Shown here piece after piece: positions 7,154-16,627 of a stretch of 64,000 nucleotides of DNA. The notes beneath the pieces were generated by a model, which worked only from the letters and a program-made list of their open reading frames with translations, made no database searches and was not told the origin of the DNA. The position numbers were made by a program, and so were the translations under genes. Position 1 is the stretch's first letter, and each line of letters starts with the position of its first letter. Location: assembly GCA_041678665.1 (NCBI GenBank), contig JBAYNU010000001.1, positions 80,996-144,995 of the forward strand. The letters run 5' to 3'. The stretch is from Candidatus Magasanikiibacteriota bacterium (GTDB taxonomy: Bacteria; Patescibacteriota; Patescibacteriia; Magasanikbacterales; GWA2-37-8).

Positions 7154-10105
7154 TTACTTACTAACAGCGAATTCACTCACCCACCCCAAAAACTTATCAA
7201 AATTTTTCTGGTCGCCTTGGAACTCAATGATTTTGTCGGTATTTTTTAGACCATTGGGATAAACTTCCAGCACATCATATTTATTTTCACCGGTTTTTAA
7301 ATCCGTATCCGACAGCCTACGCGCGCTGTAATTATAAAATTCGGTGGTGGTAATAGTTGCTTCCGGCACCGGATGACCCATTTTTTGTACAAACACCATA
7401 AAATATTCCTTACCATCGGCCGACGCGAATTTCACCCCATCTTCCCAATGGCTCACTTGCCAAGAGCGCGGATATTTTATAGCCATCTTTACAAAACTAT
7501 CTTCATTATAAGTGGTTTCGCCGGTTTGCACTTGCGCCAATTTCGCATCTAACTCCGCCCGGATTCTATCTTCGGCTGTTCCCAAATCACTCACCACTTT
7601 TGCCTTAAAATCATCAAGCATCGCCTGCTGATTAATCGCCTGACAAGTATAACCCGAAAGGCCAAGCACGAGCCCCAAGACGCCAAAAATTAAAAGTAAT
7701 TTGGAAGCCATAGCAACATTAAATTTAGAAGTAAATTTGGTACCAAGTTTCTTTTCCATATCAGCAATACGTTGTCTGGTTTTAAGAACGGTGTCGGGAT
7801 TGAGAGATATACTATCTATCCCCTCTTGCACCAAAAATTCGGCAAATTCGGGATAGTCGCTGGGCGCTTGTCCGCAAATTCCTACCTTGCGACCATGTTT
7901 GTGGGCGGTGCGGATAACATCGCGAATTAATTTTTTTACGGCCGCATTTTTTTCGTCATATACATGACTGACGAGCGCGCTATCGCGATCCACTCCAAGT
8001 GTAAGCTGGGTTAGATCGTTACTGCCAATACTAAACCCATCAAAAATTTCACTAAACTCATCGGCCAAAATCACATTGCTGGGAATTTCGCACATTACAT
8101 AAACCTGCAAACCATTTTTGCCCCGCTCCAAACCAAATTCTTTCATGGTCGCCAAAACTTTTTTACCTTCTTCTACGGTGCGACAAAACGGCACCATCAC
8201 AATGACATTTTTTAGTCCCCAATGCTCACGCACTTTTTTGATTGCCTCACACTCCAATTTAAACCCGGGCTTATAAGCCGGATCATAATAACGCGAAGCC
8301 CCCCGCCAGCCGATCATGGGGTTTTCTTCTTTGGGTTCATAATCATGCCCGCCAATTAAAGTGGCATATTCATTAGTTTTAAAATCCGACAAACGCACGA
8401 TCACATCACTCGGCGCAAAAGCCGTGGCGATAAAAGCAATACCTTCGGCCAACTTATCTACACAAAATTGTGATTTGTTATCGTAACCAATAGTCAACTC
8501 GTCAATTTTATTCCTTACTCCTTTATCCTTAATCCTTTCGTAGTTCACCAAAGCCATTGGATGGATCTTGATAAAATTGGTAAAAATAAATTCCTCGCGC
8601 GCCAGCCCCACCCCGCCATTGGGAATGGCAGCCAGTGAAAATGCGCTATCCGGATCGCCCACATTCATCATGATTTTGGTACGCGTGGATTTGATTTGTT
8701 TGATCTCGTGCTTTTCCACCTCAAACGGCAAAAGCCCTTTATACACATACCCCACTTCACCCTGCGCGCACGACACTGTTACCGGCTCGCCGGCATAAAC
8801 AAGCTTGCGCGCGCCTTTGGCGCCCACAATACATGGTATTCCCAGCTCGCGACTCACAATCGCCGCATGGCTGGTCTTGCCACCCTGCTCGGTAACAATG
8901 GCCGCGGCAATGCGCATAATGGGCTCCCAATCGGGGTCGGTAATGCGAGTAATCAAAACTTCGCCCGGCTTGAATTGTTTCATTTGTTTGGGCGAGTTAA
9001 TCACCCGCGCGCGACCATGACCAATTTTTTGCCCCACACTCGCGCCGGTCACTAATACTTTGCCTGCCTCCTTGGATTTGAGACGATAATTTTCAATTAC
9101 ATTAATTTTTGCTTGTGATTTTACGGTTTCTCCACGTGCTTGTACGATAAATAATTTTTTGGTTCTGCCATCGAGCGCCCATTCAATATCCATGGCATGG
9201 CCATAATGCTCTTCGATAATCATGCCCCACTTGGCCAGTTGAATAACTTGATCTTCGGTAAGGCAATATTGTTTTCGATCCGACACTGCCACCTTTTCTT
9301 GTTTGGTACCTACCTTACCATAAATTAACTTGACCTCTTTTGAGCCCAACCGTCGGCTAATAATTGATTTAAAACCTTTTTTCGCGCCTTCTTTATATAC
9401 ATAATACTGATCCGGCACTACCCGGCCCTTAACCACATATTCACCCAAACCATAGGCGGCGTTGATTAAAACCACGCCTTTAAAACCGGATTCGGTATCC
9501 AAAGTAAACATTACGCCCGAAGCGCCCATATCGGAACGTACCATCTCTTGCACGCAAACCGAAAGCGCTACCGCCGTATGCTCAAAACCCTTGGCCTCGC
9601 GATAAGAAATCGCACGGTCGGTAAATAGCGAAGCAACGCATTTTTTGCAGGCTTCGAGCAATTCTTTTTCGCCACGGACATTAAGATAGGTTTCTTGTTG
9701 TCCGGCAAAACTGGCATCAGGCAAATCTTCGGCGGTAGCCGAAGATCGCACCGCCACATCGATGGGCTTATTCTTACCAAGTTTTTTATAATTTTTAAAA
9801 ATCTCTTCTTCTATTTCTTTGGGGAATTCGGCGGACAAAACCATCTTACGCACCTTCTCACCGGCAACAGATAGCGCGCGTAAATTTTTCACATCCAATC
9901 CTTTGAGCGCTTCTTTGATTTTTTTATCCAATTTATTTTCTTTGATAAACACCCAATAGGCATCACTGGTCAACGCAAAACCATTGGGTACAGGGACACC
10001 CTTTTTAGCCAACTTAGCATACATCTCGCCGAGTGAAGCGTTTTTCCCGCCCACACTAGGAATATCTTTGATTGTCAGATCTTTAAACCAACGGACGAAG
10101 TTCAT
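7154..10105 (-). CDS. ppsA: Phosphoenolpyruvate synthase with C-terminal TM and extra domain
   Basis: VGGKNASLGEM, AVRSSATAEDLPDASFAGQQ, GGKTSHAAIVSRELG (phospho-His), FSIGSNDLTQL and GICGQAPS motifs; ~190-aa extension after the catalytic domain. Confidence 0.95.
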   Translation of the reverse strand: MNFVRWFKDLTIKDIPSVGGKNASLGEMYAKLAKKGVPVPNGFALTSDAYWVFIKENKLDKKIKEALKGLDVKNLRALSVAGEKVRKMVLSAEFPKEIEEEIFKNYKKLGKNKPIDVAVRSSATAEDLPDASFAGQQETYLNVRGEKELLEACKKCVASLFTDRAISYREAKGFEHTAVALSVCVQEMVRSDMGASGVMFTLDTESGFKGVVLINAAYGLGEYVVKGRVVPDQYYVYKEGAKKGFKSIISRRLGSKEVKLIYGKVGTKQEKVAVSDRKQYCLTEDQVIQLAKWGMIIEEHYGHAMDIEWALDGRTKKLFIVQARGETVKSQAKINVIENYRLKSKEAGKVLVTGASVGQKIGHGRARVINSPKQMKQFKPGEVLITRITDPDWEPIMRIAAAIVTEQGGKTSHAAIVSRELGIPCIVGAKGARKLVYAGEPVTVSCAQGEVGYVYKGLLPFEVEKHEIKQIKSTRTKIMMNVGDPDSAFSLAAIPNGGVGLAREEFIFTNFIKIHPMALVNYERIKDKGVRNKIDELTIGYDNKSQFCVDKLAEGIAFIATAFAPSDVIVRLSDFKTNEYATLIGGHDYEPKEENPMIGWRGASRYYDPAYKPGFKLECEAIKKVREHWGLKNVIVMVPFCRTVEEGKKVLATMKEFGLERGKNGLQVYVMCEIPSNVILADEFSEIFDGFSIGSNDLTQLTLGVDRDSALVSHVYDEKNAAVKKLIRDVIRTAHKHGRKVGICGQAPSDYPEFAEFLVQEGIDSISLNPDTVLKTRQRIADMEKKLGTKFTSKFNVAMASKLLLIFGVLGLVLGLSGYTCQAINQQAMLDDFKAKVVSDLGTAEDRIRAELDAKLAQVQTGETTYNEDSFVKMAIKYPRSWQVSHWEDGVKFASADGKEYFMVFVQKMGHPVPEATITTTEFYNYSARRLSDTDLKTGENKYDVLEVYPNGLKNTDKIIEFQGDQKNFDKFLGWVSEFAVSK

Positions 10106-10187
10106 AAAGTTTAAAGTTGAAAGTTATAAAGGCGCGAGTTTTTTCTGTCTCGCACTTTAAAACTTTATAACTTGATAACTTTCAACT
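10106..10187. repeat. Inverted heptamer-like array (AAAGTT/AACTTT units)
   Basis: aaagttt aaagttg aaagtta ... aaacttt ataactt gataact ttcaact; similar tracts near 2346, 2430-2497 and 16597-16625. Confidence 0.6.
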
Positions 10188-10291
10188 ATCACATTATATC
10201 ACATTTCCCTTTTTATTAAAAACCGGCTGTGGGTAAAGTGTGGACACAAAAATCGCCCCTTCCCTCCAAATCATTCTCCTTAATTCCACGC

Positions 10292-10543
10292 CTACTTTGT
10301 CACAGCTACATCTTTTTTCTTTCCGGCCGTAAGCAAATAAACAATCTCCAAAATTCCGAGCGTGTTGATTATCATAATAGCGATAAACCAACCTAATTGA
10401 TTATTACGCCCAGCACGCCACAAAGCAATGCCTTTCCAGATAACCGACCAAATCATAAGTATAGGCATAATCAGAAGTATAAACGCAATCCAACCAACCC
10501 CGGCCGATTGCGCCTGCCCACTCGCTAAATAATCTTGCCACAT
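10292..10543 (-). CDS. Small membrane protein, DUF5652-like
   Basis: WSVIWKGIALWRAGRNNQLGWFIAIMIINTLGILEIVY motif. Confidence 0.85.
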   Translation of the reverse strand: MWQDYLASGQAQSAGVGWIAFILLIMPILMIWSVIWKGIALWRAGRNNQLGWFIAIMIINTLGILEIVYLLTAGKKKDVAVTK

Positions 10544-10677
10544 ATGTACAAAAATTAAAAATTAATACTTTCATTATACACCAATTACCTCTTTTTCCAA
10601 AATCTATCGCTTCTTTTAAGGTTCGCGATTTATCAAAAATTTTTCGTCCTAACGAACAATTCGATGATAAATCTTGC

Positions 10678-11706
10678 TCATGCTAATTTTTTGTTTACCA
10701 ACATCTCAACTATAAACACTAAAGCCACAAGTACCAAAAGCACAGTCACCTTGCCGATGCTTTGCAAAAACAAAGTGGTAACACCAAATAAAATCGCAAC
10801 TAAATAATAAAACAAAACCGCCCAACGCTGACTAAAACCGGAATCAACCAACCGAAAATGTAAATGCTGTCTATCCCCTTTTGAAATTGGTGTGCCGTGA
10901 CGAGCGCGGGTAAAAATCACCCAGGCCAAATCCAAAATCGGCACCGCCATAACGAGTAGCGCAGTGGCAAATTTCCCACCCGAAATTACCGATAAAACTC
11001 CGAGCATAAATCCGAGCCACAAACTTCCACCTTCGCCCAAAAATATTTTAGCCGGATAAAAATTAAATAGTAAAAATCCTAAAATTGCTCCAGCCAGCAC
11101 TAATCCCACCAAAGCCACATCACTTTGGTGCCACCGCTCGCCATTGGCAATAAAAAATATCATGAGCGCGGCTATCCCCGAAATGCCACTGGTTAATCCA
11201 TCCAGACCGTCCAAAATTTTGGTGGTATACATCATTCCCAAAATCCAAAGAAAAACGATTGTATCAGCAATAATCGCTATGGGTCCGATACGCACAAAAT
11301 CCAAATACCAAACACCTCCAAACGGATTGGTAACTTTGTCTATCCCCACTCCACCAATAATCACTAATAACACCACTAGAGCACTAATTGGCAAACGCCA
11401 TTTATAGGATAATTTATATTTATCATCTAAGGCGCCGATAATAATTAAAACCAGTCCACCGACAAATACCCACCATAATTTTTCCACCGCCAAATTTTTG
11501 CCGATCAAATTGGTAAAATAAACCAAGTAGGCCATTACCGTCCAAAAAGCCAAAAATATCGCCAGACCACCAAGCAAAGGCACACTACGACCGTGACGCT
11601 TACGCGCTTCATTCGGGGCATCAATTATCTTATATTTAAACGCAAAAAAACGGACAAGCAATGTCAGTAATATGGATAATACGAAGGCACTTATGAAATA
11701 CAGCAT
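10678..11706 (-). CDS. WecA/TagO-like polyprenyl-phosphate sugar-1-phosphate transferase (MraY family)
   Basis: PLLGGLAI, GALDD, LDGLDGL, FNFYPAKIFLG and DRQHLHFRL motifs. Confidence 0.9.
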   Translation of the reverse strand: MLYFISAFVLSILLTLLVRFFAFKYKIIDAPNEARKRHGRSVPLLGGLAIFLAFWTVMAYLVYFTNLIGKNLAVEKLWWVFVGGLVLIIIGALDDKYKLSYKWRLPISALVVLLVIIGGVGIDKVTNPFGGVWYLDFVRIGPIAIIADTIVFLWILGMMYTTKILDGLDGLTSGISGIAALMIFFIANGERWHQSDVALVGLVLAGAILGFLLFNFYPAKIFLGEGGSLWLGFMLGVLSVISGGKFATALLVMAVPILDLAWVIFTRARHGTPISKGDRQHLHFRLVDSGFSQRWAVLFYYLVAILFGVTTLFLQSIGKVTVLLVLVALVFIVEMLVNKKLA

Positions 11707-11713
11707 ATATCGT

Positions 11714-11843
11714 TGTCATTCCGAGCGGAACGAAGTGGAGTCGAGGAATCCCTTTCCGTCAAAGGCGGACCCGCCTATGGCGGGAAACTACTACATCAAA
11801 GGGATCCTTCGGCTTCGCCCTTCGGGCTCCGCTCAGGATGACA
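11714..11843. repeat. TGTCA...TGACA dimer with nested CCGCC/GGCGG palindrome (11754-11786)
   Basis: tgtcattccgagcggaacgaagtggagtcgaggaatc ... gatccttcggcttcgcccttcgggctccgctcaggatgaca. Confidence 0.88.
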
Positions 11844-11851
11844 GACAAAGA

Positions 11852-12619
11852 CTAAACTTGCGCCGCAATTTTTACAATCTCCATCCACTCATCCAATTTC
11901 GCGCTGGCACCACCCACCAAAACACCATTGATATTTTCTTGTTTTAAATAATCTACGACATTACTGGGTCGCACACTACCGCCATACAACACCACCGGAA
12001 CAACACCCTTGATTAATTCCGTCGTAATCTTTTTTACAAACACATGCATTTTTTCCGCTTCCGCGCTTTCGCAAGCCTCACCAGTACCAATTGCCCATAC
12101 TGGCTCGTAGGCGATAATTAATTCCATTCCCTTGGACCATTTAATATCTTCCAGGGCTCCGCGCAACTGAATTTCAATCACTTCTTGGGTTTTACCTTCG
12201 GCGCGTTCTTTTAGGGTCTCGCCCACGCACAAAACCGGCGTTAAACCAGCCGCCAGCGCCGCTTCCATTTTTTGACGCGTTTCGTGATGAGTTTCATGAA
12301 ACAAATGCCGGCGCTCGCTATGACCAATGAGCGCATATTCACATCCGACCGCTTTATACATCTGAGCCGAAACTTCTCCGGTGTAGCCACCCTTGTCCAC
12401 CCAATACAAATTCTGCGGACCAATGCCAATCCCAACATCGCGTAGCACCTGGCTGACCGGATACAAACTTAGGGCGCTCGGAAAAACTGCCATCTTAATA
12501 TTTTTTTCAAACTTTTTTGCTTCCAGCGCAATCGCATTGGCCAAAATATTACTTTCGTTATAATCCAAATACATTTTCCAATTGGCAAAAAGATAATTTT
12601 TATTTTTATGTTTTGACAT
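11852..12619 (-). CDS. tpiA: Triosephosphate isomerase
   Basis: ANWKM, GHSERR, AYEPVWAIGTG, LYGGSV and LVGGAS motifs. Confidence 0.97.
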   Translation of the reverse strand: MSKHKNKNYLFANWKMYLDYNESNILANAIALEAKKFEKNIKMAVFPSALSLYPVSQVLRDVGIGIGPQNLYWVDKGGYTGEVSAQMYKAVGCEYALIGHSERRHLFHETHHETRQKMEAALAAGLTPVLCVGETLKERAEGKTQEVIEIQLRGALEDIKWSKGMELIIAYEPVWAIGTGEACESAEAEKMHVFVKKITTELIKGVVPVVLYGGSVRPSNVVDYLKQENINGVLVGGASAKLDEWMEIVKIAAQV

Positions 12620-12627
12620 ATTTTTGT

Positions 12628-12702
12628 TGTCATCCTGAGGCGTAGCCGAAGGATCCCTTGAATCGTGAACGGAAGGGATTCTTCGCTCCGCTCAGAATGA
12701 CA
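12628..12702. repeat. TGTCA...TGACA dimer (type A)
   Basis: Near-identical inverted copy of 3068-3142, including the spacer. Confidence 0.9.
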
Positions 12703-12706
12703 ATTG

Positions 12707-14038
12707 TTAATTGAGTAATTTAATGATCTCATTTTCTTTTGCGCTACCAATTACCGCCAGGCGCGCCTCATTCCAAACAAACAGTTTCTTGGCTAATTTC
12801 AAAACATCGCCAGTGGTAACTTTTTTAATTTTTTGGAGCACCTGTTCGTAGGTTTCAATTTTTTTACTAAACCAAAATTGTTTGGCAAACCAATCGGCCA
12901 CGGCATTGCTTTCTTCCATTCCCAAAACCATCCGACCGGAAAAATTGGATTTGGCTTCGTGTAACTCTTTATCCGAAACTGGCTTAGTGGCTATCTTGTT
13001 CAGCTCTTCTTTTATTACTGCCACCGCCTCATCAAGACGAGCCGGATCCAAACCAGCCTGAATCTGCGCTGTGCCTACATCGCGAAAACTATTGCCCCCA
13101 GTATGAATCATATAGCACAGACCCCGTTTATTGCGCACTTCTTCAAATAGACGCGAACTCATCGTCCCTCCCAAAATATTTAATAAAACCGATTGGGCAT
13201 AACGGTCGGGATGGTTGTGTGGTAGACCATGAAAACCCAAAATTAGATGGGTTTGATCGAGCGGCTTTTCTTTGTTTATTATTCTTTTTTTAAGCGCGCA
13301 ATTTTGTGGCCAAGAAAATTTAGCAAATTTCTTATAATCAAATCTTACTCTGTCATCCCCATGAAAGTGGGGATCTGCCCTGTTGAGTCGCTGATCCCGA
13401 TTTTCATCGGGATGACAACGCTCAAAATATTTCAAATTTTTTGGTAATTTCTTTTTATCCACATCGCCTGCTACCACCAACACCATATTACTCGGCTGAT
13501 AAGCCGCCTTGTAATAATTTACTAAATCTATGCGAGTTAGAGCACGAACACTACTTACGGTACCACCAACATCTATCCCCAAAGTATTACCGCCAAAAAC
13601 TACTTCATCAAACAACGAATCAATCTTCATGGTAGGATTATCATCGTACATACGCAGCTCCTCGACAATCACGCCTTTTTCTTTTTCAATTTCTGATTCA
13701 TTCATTAAAGAATTAAACAACATATCCGACAGCATATCAAAAGCCAACTCACTCTGTGCCCCATCAATTTTAATATAATAACCAGTGTGATCTTTGGAAG
13801 TGTAAGCATTATATTCCGCGCCGGCCGCGTCAAGCTCGCGCGAAATTGCCTGCGTATTAGGTCGACGCTTAGTGCCCTTGAACATCATATGCTCGATAAA
13901 ATGTGAGCCACCGGAAAGCGCCGGCATTTCATAACGCGAACCAACCGGAAACAAAGCCAGCACGGTAGTTGCTTTCGTGCCGGCCACAGGAACGGTAATT
14001 AGACTGATGCCATTTTTTAACTTACTTAACTGATACAT
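12707..14038 (-). CDS. M16 (pitrilysin) family zinc peptidase with in-frame repeat insertion
   Basis: HFIEH (HxxEH), NAYTS and SSRLFEEVRNKRGLCY motifs. Confidence 0.93.
   Translation of the reverse strand: MYQLSKLKNGISLITVPVAGTKATTVLALFPVGSRYEMPALSGGSHFIEHMMFKGTKRRPNTQAISRELDAAGAEYNAYTSKDHTGYYIKIDGAQSELAFDMLSDMLFNSLMNESEIEKEKGVIVEELRMYDDNPTMKIDSLFDEVVFGGNTLGIDVGGTVSSVRALTRIDLVNYYKAAYQPSNMVLVVAGDVDKKKLPKNLKYFERCHPDENRDQRLNRADPHFHGDDRVRFDYKKFAKFSWPQNCALKKRIINKEKPLDQTHLILGFHGLPHNHPDRYAQSVLLNILGGTMSSRLFEEVRNKRGLCYMIHTGGNSFRDVGTAQIQAGLDPARLDEAVAVIKEELNKIATKPVSDKELHEAKSNFSGRMVLGMEESNAVADWFAKQFWFSKKIETYEQVLQKIKKVTTGDVLKLAKKLFVWNEARLAVIGSAKENEIIKLLN
13351..13417. repeat. TGTCA...TGACA dimer (type B) inside the M16 peptidase CDS
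   Basis: tgtcatccccatgaaagtggggatc...gatcccgattttcatcgggatgaca; encodes CHPDENRDQRLNRADPHFHGDD. Confidence 0.88.
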
Positions 14039-14040
14039 AA

Positions 14041-14568
14041 TTATTGTTCTTGTGGATGTGCTTTGGCATAAGCAAAAAATCCCGCTTGTAATTGATCAAA
14101 CTTTAATTGATCTGATTCTGATAAAACAATCTTAAGCTCAATTCCTTGCGTTCTTTGATCAATAGTATATTTACCCTTACCGATTAATTCATCGGCTCTT
14201 GCCAGAAGCAATTTATATTCTTCATCAATCTCTGTTTCGTTTTTCGAATCTCTGGCTTCATCTTTTGATAATATATTGCCGTGCTCACGATAATACTCTT
14301 CTGTATATTCTGACGGAATCCTACCACCCTTGCCAATGAATCTCTTGAGTGAATTAATATATAATGATACCACATCTTTGTGTGGCTGAAATAATTTATC
14401 TCCACGATTAAAATCATTTTGTTTAAAAATAAATACACCATCTTCTTTTACATATAAAACGTCCACATTCCAATCATGCTCAATTTTTTCAATAGTATCC
14501 CTTATTTCTTGTGTGGCTTCTTCGACAGTGTGTTCGTATTCCCTCCTCGATGAAGATTTCTCTGACAT
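14041..14568 (-). CDS. Hypothetical acidic protein
   Basis: 175-aa AT-rich ORF tightly packed between glyQS and the peptidase; no motif recognised. Confidence 0.65.
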   Translation of the reverse strand: MSEKSSSRREYEHTVEEATQEIRDTIEKIEHDWNVDVLYVKEDGVFIFKQNDFNRGDKLFQPHKDVVSLYINSLKRFIGKGGRIPSEYTEEYYREHGNILSKDEARDSKNETEIDEEYKLLLARADELIGKGKYTIDQRTQGIELKIVLSESDQLKFDQLQAGFFAYAKAHPQEQ

Positions 14569-14578
14569 ATAAATATAA

Positions 14579-15952
14579 TTAAAAATTAAACCGCTCCTTT
14601 AAATAATTATTCAATTCTTTAATCTCTACTCGCTCTTGTTTCATCGTGTCGCGATCGCGCACGGTAACTTTTTTGTCCTCCAAAGAATCAAAATCCACAG
14701 TCACACAAAACGGCGTGCCAATTTCGTCTTGCCGACGATAGCGCTTTCCAATGCTTTGAGTTTCGTCATAATCCACACTGTAAGCAGTGCGTAAACCCGC
14801 GGCCAAATCTTTGGCCACCGCAGATAATTGCTCTTTTTTGGATAAGGGTAAAACCGCCACTTGAATAGGCGCTAAATGTTTGGGAAATTTCATGACAATT
14901 CGCTTTTCGCTTTCGCCTTCTTCGGTGGTCGGCGCTTCTTCTTCGTGATATGCCTCAAATAGCGCCACTAGTAGCATGCGATCAATACCAAACGTTGGCT
15001 CAATCACATGAGGCAAAAACTTTTCTCCCGACACCGGATCGGTATAATGCAAATCTTGACCACTCACTTTTTCATGACGCGACAAATCAAAATCCGTGCG
15101 ATAAGCAATACCGTGGAGTTCGCCTAGGCCAAACGGATACTTATATTCAATGTCCACGGTGCGCTTGCTATAATGCGCGCGCTCGCCATCAGGAATCTCA
15201 TGCCAAACCAAATTATCCATATTCACCTGCATCGCATCTTTCCACCAACGTTTAATTTCGCCGAGCCACATCTCAAACACTTCTTCCCAATCTTTTGGAT
15301 TAATAAAATATTCTAATTCTCCAATCTCAAACTCGCGCGTGCGAAAAATAAAATTACCGGGAGTAATTTCATTACGAAAACATTTCCCAATCTGCGCAAT
15401 CCCAAACGGCAAACGACGACGCGTAACATTGAGAATATTTTTGAAATTCACGAACATACCGCCGGCAGTTTCGGGACGCAAATAAACGGTGGATAAATTA
15501 TCTTCGGTGATGCCAATAAAGGTTTTAAACATTAAATTGAAGTTCTTCGGGGCAGTAAGAGCGCCGTCACAATCAGGGCAATTTATTTCTTCGATAGTTT
15601 TTACCTCGTCTTTCTTGTGATCGGGCTCAATTCCGGTAGCGGACAACAAATGGTCAACTCGAAAACGATGGTGGCACGATTTGCATTCTACTAGTGCATC
15701 GGAAAAATTCTGCAGGTGTCCGCTCGCCTCCCACACACGCGGATTCATAATAATAGCGCTATCTAGTGGAACCATGTCTTCACGCTCTTGGACAAAAAAC
15801 TTCCACCAGAGTGACTTGATATTTTGTTTGAGCAAATGCCCCAGCGGGCCATAATCCCAACTATTCGCTAATCCTCCATAAATTTCCGACCCCGGGAAAA
15901 TAAACCCTCTCCTTTTACAAAGTGATACAATTGTTTCGATATCTACGGACAT
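14579..15952 (-). CDS. glyQS: Glycine--tRNA ligase (alpha2 type)
   Basis: EIYGGL, YLRPETA, GKCFRNEITPGNFIFRTREF, IEPTFG and SIGKRYRRQDEIGTPFCVTVD motifs. Confidence 0.97.
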   Translation of the reverse strand: MSVDIETIVSLCKRRGFIFPGSEIYGGLANSWDYGPLGHLLKQNIKSLWWKFFVQEREDMVPLDSAIIMNPRVWEASGHLQNFSDALVECKSCHHRFRVDHLLSATGIEPDHKKDEVKTIEEINCPDCDGALTAPKNFNLMFKTFIGITEDNLSTVYLRPETAGGMFVNFKNILNVTRRRLPFGIAQIGKCFRNEITPGNFIFRTREFEIGELEYFINPKDWEEVFEMWLGEIKRWWKDAMQVNMDNLVWHEIPDGERAHYSKRTVDIEYKYPFGLGELHGIAYRTDFDLSRHEKVSGQDLHYTDPVSGEKFLPHVIEPTFGIDRMLLVALFEAYHEEEAPTTEEGESEKRIVMKFPKHLAPIQVAVLPLSKKEQLSAVAKDLAAGLRTAYSVDYDETQSIGKRYRRQDEIGTPFCVTVDFDSLEDKKVTVRDRDTMKQERVEIKELNNYLKERFNF

Positions 15953-15960
15953 AAAATATT

Positions 15961-16028
15961 AGTTCATAGTTCTAAGCCAATAGCCAATAGATTTGCGACT
16001 ACTGGATGTGAACTATTGGCTACGAACT
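15961..16028. repeat. 68-bp inverted heptamer cassette (AGTTCAT/AGCCAAT units)
   Basis: Four direct units, 8-nt core atttgcga, four inverted units; sister copy at 33151-33218. Confidence 0.8.
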
Positions 16029-16032
16029 TTAA

Positions 16033-16581
16033 TTACACGGTATGAATTTCTTCTTCTTTCTGCTCTCCAATCTCTTTAATCTTATCGTTAAAATCTTTTA
16101 CCATTTTTTCCAAATCATCCAACAACTTAAATTTTTCATCTTCGCCGATTGATTTTTCTTTTTCTTCCATTATAGCCATCTCTTTAGCTTCTTCCCGCAC
16201 TTTACGAATAGAAACGCGCGCGGCTTCTAATTTTTGATGTAAAACCTTAATAAGTTCGACGCGCCGTTCCGAAGTAAGATCGGGCATGGTAAGACGAATT
16301 ATCCGACCATCATTTTGCGGATTAATACCCAAACCAGAATCGCGAATTCCTTTCTCCACTGCCGCAAGGATAGTTTTGTCCCATGGCTCCAAAATCAATG
16401 TTTTGGCATCTTGCACCACAATAGATGCCACTGCCTTAAGCGACTGATGAATGCCGTAAGCTTCCACCATAATGCTTTCTACCATCGCGGAAGATGCTCT
16501 GCCGGTACGGAGTCCGGCGATATCTTGCTTTAAAAAGTCTACCACCTTAACAAAATCTCCTTTAAAATCATTAATATTCAT
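16033..16581 (-). CDS. frr: Ribosome recycling factor
   Basis: LRTGRAS, GLGINPQNDG, PDLTSERR and ARVSIRKVR motifs. Confidence 0.97.
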   Translation of the reverse strand: MNINDFKGDFVKVVDFLKQDIAGLRTGRASSAMVESIMVEAYGIHQSLKAVASIVVQDAKTLILEPWDKTILAAVEKGIRDSGLGINPQNDGRIIRLTMPDLTSERRVELIKVLHQKLEAARVSIRKVREEAKEMAIMEEKEKSIGEDEKFKLLDDLEKMVKDFNDKIKEIGEQKEEEIHTV

Positions 16582-16627
16582 ACAACTATTAATTTTAAAA
16601 CTTTATAACTTTTAACTTTATAACTAA

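Noticed and set aside
11672-12750. ORFs 11672-11947 and 12469-12750 containing CHSER peptides
   Set aside because: They are translations of intergenic repeat copies overlapping real genes, with no independent coding evidence.
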